Shown here piece after piece: positions 18,101 to 24,114 of a stretch of 24,114 bases of DNA. Within the stretch, counting starts at the first letter, position 1; every line of letters begins with the position of its first letter. The position numbers were made by a program, and so were the translations under genes. Under the pieces are notes generated by a model. That model was not told the origin of the DNA. It did no database searches and worked only from the letters and a program-made list of their open reading frames with translations. Source of the stretch: a virus (lineage: Duplodnaviria > Caudoviricetes); IMG/VR virus record IMGVR_UViG_3300032305_001499, positions 1-24,114 of that record, one strand, 5' to 3'.

Positions 18101-21100
18101 TTGTTGCAACAGAAGGGTATTGTGACGTGGTTACACCAACAGGGTTCTTAGGACCAAGAACAACCACTTCAATGTTAAACACTCCTTACTTTATCAATGC
18201 GATTCAGATTGGGGTAGATAACTTTAAAAAGAAAGAGAACTATCCATACGTTCAAGCTGCTTATTTATTTCTTAATTCATTACCACTTGCAACCTTAAGA
18301 GAAAAATATAAGACTCTTTCAAATGACGTTACAAGTGATTTAGATTATATTGCCTCGACATTTAAAAAGTTTGGCGCTATTCATAAAATACCGTACGCTT
18401 GGATTTTAAAATACGGTTCTATATGGCACAGATATAAAAAATATAAAGATAGTGGTGTGGACATCCTAACAAATGTTTGGAAAGACTTTAATTACACAAC
18501 AAACTATAACCCAATAACCAATCAAACAACAACACCGTATACTTTCAAATATGGAGGTGTTGATAGAAATATTGTATTACAAAGCGAAACAACAACTGAC
18601 GTTAATATGCAAGTTGGATTTTATCCTAAACTGATTAACGATTTTAATATTTTTTATAATGGATATGACTTATATAGTGGATACACAAATACTGAGATTC
18701 AAGACAGTGTGAATGGTGGTATGAAAATGTATAACTTTTTAGAGTCAAACATCAATAGTGCCAAACAAGGAGATAAGAACTTAAGATTAAATACTTGGTC
18801 AATATTATTACCCGATTTAACTCCTGAAGCGGACGTTGATTGTAATCCTAAAAATAATACAAAGAGTTCTGAGTACTTTGTTGTACCATCTTTTGGAACA
18901 TTTTTTAACCAAACGGTAGGTTCTTGTTTAACAGGGGCAACAACATCACCTGGCGCTAAAGTACCACTTAGTTCAAATAGTAGTGTGTATAATGGTTCTG
19001 TAAGATGTTTATGGTCAGCTCCAAACTACGGATATTTCGATAGTACACAAATTGCGTACCCAAGCCCTGAATCGTATTTAACTTTAATTAATACAGGTAA
19101 AACACAAAGTCCCGTTCATTTTTTAAATACCAATGTGTATTCCAAGATTGAAGAAACATTTTCTGTGTTTGAAAAAAGAATATTAGATAACTTTGAACAA
19201 GAATTTTTAAATTTCTGTAAACCAATTACTGATAATCAAAATGGTAATGAAACGGTTACTTATGGACAAAGTCCTGTTAACAACACAAGCAACTTTAGAA
19301 ACTTCCAATCATTATTTAAGACTTTGATGATAGTACCTGCGCAGGCCGAAGGAGTTAGTGAAAAAACTTATTTTGAAAATACAATCGATAAACAATATCA
19401 ATCATTCCAAACAGGGATTCAATCTTTTATGGAATATGATATCTTATTAAGATACGGAAATCCTTCAAATTATAATAGAAGAATTTTTGATTCTTATATT
19501 TCTTTCAATGGACCAGCGGTTGTTACAGACCCAATAACTTTTAACCCATACGTAAAAGGTAGTTTACCAACTAGAGGGGGAGGAGTTACGTTAACTCAAT
19601 CTAAATTAGCAAACCCAAGGGCGTGGTTCGCTTTAGAAACGGAGGTAGGATTCTCAACAATACCAAATGTTGTATATACTTCAAATGGTTCATACATTAC
19701 TGATTTCTTTGTAGATAACAATATTGAATTTACTGAACAGAATGTTGTTTTGTTGGCACAAATCATTAAGATGTATGCAACACAAAAAGTTAAACAACCA
19801 ACAATTACTGTTTCACAATTTAAGAACCAAATAATACAATACCTTGGAGTTGAAACTGAGTTGCAGAATAATTTCTTAAACGGGGTTTTAACGGGGTTAA
19901 ATAAAGCACTTCCATCACAACAACAAGTACCTCAACAAACAATTCAAAGTTCGATAACGGGAGAGCAAAGTAAGGTTGAAAACTATGAAGTCTTTAAAGC
20001 GTTAAACGATAAGTGGATTGCGGGAGGAGACTATACCAACAAAACTTTGTTTGAAGACATAATGTTTTTAGACCGAGCGTCAAGAAATATCGGAGACACA
20101 ATATTGATTGATATCTTTGACTTAAAAAGTATGTTTAATGAAAAGTCATTGAATCAAGCAATGAGTGTTTACACGTTCATTAGTGGTATTCTTATTAAGA
20201 ATAACTTTAATGTGATGAACTTACCTGCCTATGTTAATTTTTATAATGTACAAGATGTTGATGGTACAACAATACCAAAAGCAGAAGGTTCATTAGATTT
20301 TGCCGACAGTTTATGGGGAACTTATTTAGATGTTGATTACAGAAAATCAGGACCTAAAATGGTTTGTTTTTATGCAGGTAAACCATCTCAATATTTAGAC
20401 TTACCAAAAGGTAATTTTAAATTTAGAGACGATGCGTTTGAAATGAGAAGAGCATCTGAGAATCCTCTATTGGAAAACCAACAAGGCAAAAAAGATTGGG
20501 CGGTTTCTAACAAATGTGTTGGATTTACTGTAGACCTTGGTATTAGAAGTCAAAATGTTTTCTTTTCATTCTCGGTATCTCAGGACAATGGTACTGCAAC
20601 ATCTGAGTCAATTAATACTCAGTTGAACATGGTTGACCAAGCATCAGGTAGACAAACCGCTACACAAAATAATAGTTTATATAACCTATATAAACAAAGA
20701 AGTTATAAATGTACGGTTGTATCATTAGGTAACGCTTTAATACAGCCAACAATGTATTTCAACCTTAGACACGTACCAATGTTTAATGGACCGTATATGA
20801 TTCAGGATGTTCAACATTCAATTCAAGCGGGTAACTTCCAAACAACATTTACGGGTGTTAGACAAGGGGTATTTGATTTACCTGCCATAGACAGTTTCTT
20901 ACAGAGTATTAACCAAAACCTTATAACTAAATTAGAAGAACTTCTTAAAGTTAATAAGGATAGTGTTACAGTTTCAGGAACTACCAATACGGTTAAGAGT
21001 ACAACACTACCTCAAAAGGCTGACAATACTCTTGATACACCAAATGCGTGTAAGAGTAATGTACTTAAAACTTTTGCGGATGCTGGATTTGGAGACGGGG

Positions 21101-22941
21101 TTGCGGCAACCTTAACTGAATTTACACCAAAACAACTTGCCGACGCATTACTTACTGAAATCCCTAACAATAAAGAATTACAAATAATCATATATTGTTT
21201 ATCGTATATGAGAAGTTTCCAAAAAAGTTCTACAAGTGGATTAGGGGCGTTTAATAGTTGGAATAATAACTTGGCAACCATTTCATTAAATACGGATTGG
21301 GGTGGTCTTAACTCTACTTTGGAAAAGAGATACAGTTGTGTTAAATCTAAATCAAACGCATCAACATCACAGTCTTTACCAATAGTTCATTTTACAACTA
21401 TTGGGAACTACGTGAGATTTATGTCAAATAGATTAAGAGAAAGAGTACCTCAAATATTGGAAATTGGTTTGGCCAAATACTATGTTTGTTATTGGCCAGA
21501 CTCTAATATATCTTCAGAATATTATGATTCTCACACATCAGAATTTAAACAAACTAAGGATACTTTATATGAAGCAATAAATTCGGCGGTTAAAGTTGGA
21601 CTATCAAGTCTTGATAACTCAAAAGACTTAAAGGCGACCATTAAAGTAACTGAAATCAAAGGAACAAGTGGAACATCAGGAACAAGTGGAACATCAGGAA
21701 CTAGCGGTACATCAGGAACAAGTGGAACATCGGCATTAGATTTAACTTGTCCACCACCAGCACTTAAATCATTCACACCAACTGCGGGTTATACAGGTAC
21801 TATTGTACAAGTTAATGGTAGTAACTTGTCAACGGCTAGCGAGGTTAAAGTTGTAGGAGTTGTGGTACCTAAGAAAGATGTTACTGTGTTTAGTGATAGT
21901 ATGTTACGTTTCATAGTACCTAAAGTATTCACAGGTGAAGTTAATCTTAATGGAAGAATTGAGGTTAAAACTGACCATGGTTCATTTACAGGGTCTACGT
22001 TATTCAATTATAACCCTGCGTTAAATGGTATTGCTAGTCTAACTCCAGGAGGAGCGTTTAGTGAGGATAACACAGGTACTGCCACTCCAACTACAACTGC
22101 AACTGTAAATCAAGAGACAGTAAATTCTAATCCGCAAACAACAGGACCGAATCCGTTGGTTGTTGCAACAAATACTAAAAATCCAAATGGAGGTAATGAG
22201 TTATTGGTTATTAAAGTTAATACCGACCCTACTTTAGGTGTATGGAAGATAGAACCTGAAGCTAAATATAATTATATTATAAACGTGGTTGAAGTGGGTC
22301 CAAATAATACAATAACAACTTCAGAGGTAACTAAAGGTGAATACGAAACTTTAGAAGGGTTTGTTTCTCAAGACGGTCAAACGTTTTCAATTAATAGACA
22401 ACAATTTATTGATAGTAATTCACAATTTAAGAGAGAAATTAAAGAGAATTCTGGAAAAGAGATTAGAATAGATACTCAAATTAATGTAATGGCGATACCA
22501 GCGGACCAAGAAAAGTATCCAAAAAATACTGAGACGTTTTCTAATTTTGAAATTGTAGTACCTAAATCATTATCAAAAACGTTTCCCCCAAAACAATTAT
22601 CGATAACATTGGCGGATGAAGAACCAACTATACAAGGTAATGGGCCACAATTTTATAATATTAAAAAACCTAATGGGGAATATATTACTTTTAAATTTAA
22701 CACAGAAGACCCATTTAATTCACAGTGGGTTGGAAGTACAATGTTTGTAAAGAACGGTAGTACGGTACCATTAGCGTCAGGATGTGTTAGTGGTTCAGAT
22801 ACAAGATATACTCAATCATGTACTGTGAGTCAATTAGGAGTTATTAGATTAGTTATTGAATATTACCCTTATGGGTTTACATCACCAATTGGTGGGGAGG
22901 TTTTAAAACAGACGGTTATGAGTTCTCCTTTCACTTTATAA
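15181..22941 (+). CDS. Giant baseplate hub-like protein (gp27/gpD/VgrG-type) with a C-terminal IPT/TIG domain
   Basis: N-terminal barrel-like segment GITQINIT..VEMQLEDVQG..LTLKGFYG (about 15610-15903). Hub C-terminal signature CTVVSLGNALIQPTMYFNL..FNGPYMIQDVQHSI..FQTTFTGVR (ends about 20865). IPT/TIG PALKSFTPTAGYTGTIVQVNGSNL..LRFIVP..GRIEVKT (about 21751-22011). Confidence 0.7.
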   Translation: MVGNLGPDNSGRVYVEFDYNNLIVVDPNKTIDALGNIRERLVDHENLVMYANLEAEVLPRTKLAVGISPEDSGLRTISVAKMNFLKPSKNNFLGTGYYDELTGQNTTKFDGTNQPAELGQQTAAGSKPYILNTVANELNVMDNGLLGITQINITTNSSFIPSVEMQLEDVQGKALFQLGNNSPYSAFFNLPYPPFYLTLKGFYGQAVRYQLNLEKFHATFNSFSGNYQVRLTFKGYKFNILNEVAMGHLLAAPHMYSQRFNFGATPVTPQQSNKSTESQSKTQAAIGSNNPNSSDAVVTELVTERGYQKIVEVYSEYKAKGLIPADLPELTLAQLMVKLDNFEKQIMDSFPKTDVESLTNIRNYKGILTQYFTNVRGPSNSSWFGTYLNPQPLILFGGDKVYAFKNLDQGAKDTAVSLLQGNIKKYNDALAANPTVGTAGKTPIPNPIKYEMILKDNMSESQIDWVATTTTQTGFPNPTKEQIERVISQYGGFTKTINETITNGKKSYTENKERYFIFEGNGRFDSTISSLETQANKKLSEYESKITADLLKKIEDKDTGLGFSPTVRNMIAVIMASAEAFIRLLDDVHTNAWNVKYDPVRKSAILDNPSSAPSSETRDNVVYREGSLLGNTAAENSQIPVYPWPQYFVETPDDKKGRFQLKYIGDPTEIDRTQGGNYSKWPEVEFVEEYMKGLTQKFQNPIAPQPLDNQRDTNVININAIEFPSAGIAYANKEEVKFFYEIWERQFLTSHYSGLVRANLNQINDLIKLNIETEVNNVKDGLGVSSPYITFKLKNYGLNASNYPTFLNNISNMGTGRAYQDYIRDFFVTPYIKSLTENSFSLLKTSDIGKIPQVTTSSDALRALITNASNEPLVVDTLPYTDATWCINNLNQAQSAAGNQVYDTKKSLTIFEPRKIIANFNDVNNYKFNRPVTDFSYLQSKNPSIVAAALGSGLFPGSIPGLSTFYITRTPDNFVATEGYCDVVTPTGFLGPRTTTSMLNTPYFINAIQIGVDNFKKKENYPYVQAAYLFLNSLPLATLREKYKTLSNDVTSDLDYIASTFKKFGAIHKIPYAWILKYGSIWHRYKKYKDSGVDILTNVWKDFNYTTNYNPITNQTTTPYTFKYGGVDRNIVLQSETTTDVNMQVGFYPKLINDFNIFYNGYDLYSGYTNTEIQDSVNGGMKMYNFLESNINSAKQGDKNLRLNTWSILLPDLTPEADVDCNPKNNTKSSEYFVVPSFGTFFNQTVGSCLTGATTSPGAKVPLSSNSSVYNGSVRCLWSAPNYGYFDSTQIAYPSPESYLTLINTGKTQSPVHFLNTNVYSKIEETFSVFEKRILDNFEQEFLNFCKPITDNQNGNETVTYGQSPVNNTSNFRNFQSLFKTLMIVPAQAEGVSEKTYFENTIDKQYQSFQTGIQSFMEYDILLRYGNPSNYNRRIFDSYISFNGPAVVTDPITFNPYVKGSLPTRGGGVTLTQSKLANPRAWFALETEVGFSTIPNVVYTSNGSYITDFFVDNNIEFTEQNVVLLAQIIKMYATQKVKQPTITVSQFKNQIIQYLGVETELQNNFLNGVLTGLNKALPSQQQVPQQTIQSSITGEQSKVENYEVFKALNDKWIAGGDYTNKTLFEDIMFLDRASRNIGDTILIDIFDLKSMFNEKSLNQAMSVYTFISGILIKNNFNVMNLPAYVNFYNVQDVDGTTIPKAEGSLDFADSLWGTYLDVDYRKSGPKMVCFYAGKPSQYLDLPKGNFKFRDDAFEMRRASENPLLENQQGKKDWAVSNKCVGFTVDLGIRSQNVFFSFSVSQDNGTATSESINTQLNMVDQASGRQTATQNNSLYNLYKQRSYKCTVVSLGNALIQPTMYFNLRHVPMFNGPYMIQDVQHSIQAGNFQTTFTGVRQGVFDLPAIDSFLQSINQNLITKLEELLKVNKDSVTVSGTTNTVKSTTLPQKADNTLDTPNACKSNVLKTFADAGFGDGVAATLTEFTPKQLADALLTEIPNNKELQIIIYCLSYMRSFQKSSTSGLGAFNSWNNNLATISLNTDWGGLNSTLEKRYSCVKSKSNASTSQSLPIVHFTTIGNYVRFMSNRLRERVPQILEIGLAKYYVCYWPDSNISSEYYDSHTSEFKQTKDTLYEAINSAVKVGLSSLDNSKDLKATIKVTEIKGTSGTSGTSGTSGTSGTSGTSGTSALDLTCPPPALKSFTPTAGYTGTIVQVNGSNLSTASEVKVVGVVVPKKDVTVFSDSMLRFIVPKVFTGEVNLNGRIEVKTDHGSFTGSTLFNYNPALNGIASLTPGGAFSEDNTGTATPTTTATVNQETVNSNPQTTGPNPLVVATNTKNPNGGNELLVIKVNTDPTLGVWKIEPEAKYNYIINVVEVGPNNTITTSEVTKGEYETLEGFVSQDGQTFSINRQQFIDSNSQFKREIKENSGKEIRIDTQINVMAIPADQEKYPKNTETFSNFEIVVPKSLSKTFPPKQLSITLADEEPTIQGNGPQFYNIKKPNGEYITFKFNTEDPFNSQWVGSTMFVKNGSTVPLASGCVSGSDTRYTQSCTVSQLGVIRLVIEYYPYGFTSPIGGEVLKQTVMSSPFTL
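21661..21732 (+). repeat. Coding tandem repeat (Gly-Thr-Ser)x8; 18-bp unit GGAACAAGTGGAACATCA x4, degenerate
   Basis: GGA ACA AGT / GGA ACA TCA alternating, read directly from the sequence. Confidence 0.95.
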
Positions 22942-22951
22942 CATAACAACA

Positions 22952-22958
22952 TATTTAT
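22952..22958 (+). promoter_or_regulatory. TATTTAT motif, putative late promoter
   Basis: 14 nt upstream of ATG 22973. Confidence 0.55.
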
Positions 22959-22972
22959 ATAGAAAGAATATT

Positions 22973-23197
22973 ATGGACATCAATACAGCAATCAGCAATT
23001 ATCTTGGGAAAAAAATTAATTATTCTGAAAAAGATAATAACGACGGAACAAAAGAAGTTTGCGACTTAGCAACAGGCCAATGTTATACAGTAAGAGAACG
23101 TGACGGTCTTATTGAAAGAAAAGGTAACAGTACTTACGTTAACAGACAAGTTATGGTTGAAACCGATAACGGATTAAAACAATTATTAAACGGATAA
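22973..23197 (+). CDS. Hypothetical protein (74 aa)
   Basis: ORF on the operon strand with an A/T-rich initiation region and upstream motif; contains C-D-L-A-T-G-Q-C. Confidence 0.75.
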   Translation: MDINTAISNYLGKKINYSEKDNNDGTKEVCDLATGQCYTVRERDGLIERKGNSTYVNRQVMVETDNGLKQLLNG

Positions 23198-23200
23198 AAA

Positions 23201-23905
23201 ATGAGTTTAGATAAAAAAATATTAAGTGAGATAGACAGATACAGAAGTATCAACAAATATATCACAGAACAGGCGGAGGAAATTCCAACAACACCTGAAG
23301 AAGATTTAGGGGCTTTAGCTCCACTACCAGGTGATGCAGGAGCAGGAGCTCCACCACCACCATCAGACGCAGCGGCGGTTCCGCCACCAGCACCTGCAGC
23401 ACCTGTATCAGGTCCATTAGATGTTGAGAATGACCCTGACGTAGAAAAAATTGACGACGAAGGGAATAGTGAAGAGGCAAGTGCTGAAGAAGGTGATTCT
23501 GAAGAACTTGATATCACTGAATTAGTAGACTCTCAAAAAAGTATTCAAACAAAACAAGATGAGTATTTTGAAAATTTATTTTCACAATTAAACGACTTAC
23601 AGTCAAGACTTGGTGAGATGGATAACATCATGACTAAGTTAAACACTCTTGAGAATAAGATTGAGAAATACAGAGAAAAAACTCCACAAGAAAAATTAGA
23701 GTTAAGAACATACGACTCATACCCATTCAATCAAAAACTTTCACAGTTTTTTGATGATAAGTCAGAAGAGATGGAAAAGACGGGAAAAAATGATTATGTT
23801 TTAACTTCCGACGAGGTACAAGACATCAACGTTAACGACATCAAGAACTCTTTCCAACCTGGAGGGGGGGAAGATAAAGAAAGTTACAAAACTTCATTTA
23901 GATAA
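23201..23905 (+). CDS. Acidic, Pro/Ala-rich coiled-coil hypothetical protein (possibly scaffold or head-internal)
   Basis: 234 aa; disordered PPPPSDAAAVPPPAPAAP and acidic tract followed by heptad-like LFSQLNDLQSRLGEMDNIMTKLNTLENKIEKY. Function inferred from composition only. Confidence 0.7.
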   Translation: MSLDKKILSEIDRYRSINKYITEQAEEIPTTPEEDLGALAPLPGDAGAGAPPPPSDAAAVPPPAPAAPVSGPLDVENDPDVEKIDDEGNSEEASAEEGDSEELDITELVDSQKSIQTKQDEYFENLFSQLNDLQSRLGEMDNIMTKLNTLENKIEKYREKTPQEKLELRTYDSYPFNQKLSQFFDDKSEEMEKTGKNDYVLTSDEVQDINVNDIKNSFQPGGGEDKESYKTSFR

Positions 23906-23910
23906 TAACG

Positions 23911-23935
23911 AAGGTGTCGAAAGACACCTTTTTTT
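23911..23935 (+). terminator. Rho-independent terminator ending the structural unit
   Basis: AAGGTGTC-GAAA-GACACCTT (GNRA tetraloop) followed by a T tract. Confidence 0.9.
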
Positions 23936-23936
23936 A

Positions 23937-23967
23937 TTTGACTATATCATATTTTCACCTATCTTTA
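23937..23967 (+). promoter_or_regulatory. Host-type (early/middle) promoter
   Basis: TTTG(23937-40)-N19-TATCTTTA(23960-67) is one mismatch from the Bacteroidota consensus TTTG-N19-21-TAnnTTTG. It also reads TTGACT-N16-TATCTT. Confidence 0.6.
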
Positions 23968-23999
23968 TAAAACAATTTAATCATTTTAATTTTAAAAAC

Positions 24000-24114
24000 A
24001 TGAGTTCATTAGACGCCGTATTGGCACAGTACGAAAAATCACAAAGTTCATCGGGCGGGGCCCAAAGCAAGATGTCGCAAGACGAAAGAATGAAAAAGTA
24101 TTTCGCTTTAATCC
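24000..24114 (+). CDS. 5' end of a probable single-stranded DNA-binding protein (gp32-like), truncated by the window
   Basis: ATG 24000 opens MSSLDAVLAQYEKSQSSSGGAQSKMSQDERMKKYFALI.. to the window edge, behind a terminator and promoter. The gp32-like call is from recalled similarity of the N-terminus only. Confidence 0.5.
   Translation, partial: MSSLDAVLAQYEKSQSSSGGAQSKMSQDERMKKYFALI

Larger units (their letters stand above)
1..24114 (+). mobile_element. Segment of a large myovirus-like phage genome (neck/tail morphogenesis module)
   Basis: Co-oriented, densely packed genes in the order neck, terminator, sheath, tube, chaperone, tape measure, tube initiator, LysM, hub, followed by a probable SSB gene. 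No host housekeeping genes, integrase or att site visible. Confidence 0.93.

Noticed and set aside
21661-21732. CRISPR array or DGR repeat
   Set aside because: It is an in-frame 9/18-bp tandem coding repeat with no spacers, and no reverse transcriptase or template/variable repeat pair is visible.
9850-22941. Inteins or introns explaining the giant baseplate genes
   Set aside because: I saw no intein splice-junction motifs with LAGLIDADG blocks and no frame interruptions; an HMM scan would be needed to exclude them fully.
23320-23415. Locally GC-rich, repetitive stretch as a possible insertion or RNA element
   Set aside because: Explained by Pro/Ala/Gly codons (CCA, GCA, GGA) of the low-complexity linker.
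2454-23730. Many short minus-strand and alternate-frame ORFs in the track (e.g. 2454-2711, 7492-7812, 9336-9743, 10619-10900, 21531-21776, 23134-23517)
   Set aside because: They lie within or mostly overlap long, motif-supported plus-strand genes and have no recognisable motifs. They are shadow ORFs; VPLVPD in 21531-21776 is just the antisense of the GTS repeat.
1-24114. Bacterial extracellular contractile injection system, tailocin or T6SS
   Set aside because: A neck-like gene, T4-type chaperone, phage-style promoter motif and downstream SSB-like gene favour a phage. No AAA+ ATPase, Tss membrane complex or host genes are seen.
1-24114. Stop-codon reassignment (alternative genetic code)
   Set aside because: Genes up to 7.7 kb are open in the standard code, and TAA, TAG (6366-6368) and TGA (7766-7768, 7905-7907) all end genes at sensible positions.

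Overview
AT-rich fragment of a large contractile-tailed (myovirus-like, distantly T4-related) phage genome, read in the standard genetic code. It carries the neck and tail morphogenesis module in this order: gp14-like neck protein, a hypothetical protein, gp15-like tail terminator, a 53-aa ribbon-helix-helix gene on the minus strand (missed by the ORF track), 1070-aa tail sheath, a HAD-family phosphatase, tail tube, gp26-like tail assembly chaperone, tape measure, a 1672-aa tube-initiator-like protein containing an OmpA-like domain, a LysM/gp53-like protein, a 2586-aa hub-like protein, two hypotheticals and the start of a probable gp32-like SSB gene. The strongest unexplained signal is a start-less, gp51/GpE-like reading frame behind the chaperone that is reachable only by a +1 (or -2) frameshift, at TTT_TTT_CGT_C, instead of the usual -1 shift. 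Other signals are a TATTTAT motif ahead of seven structural gene starts, an RHH gene with candidate operators, and host cues (no Shine-Dalgarno sites, a TTTG-N19-TAnnTTT promoter) that point to Bacteroidota. All protein calls rest on motif recognition and gene order; no database search was run.
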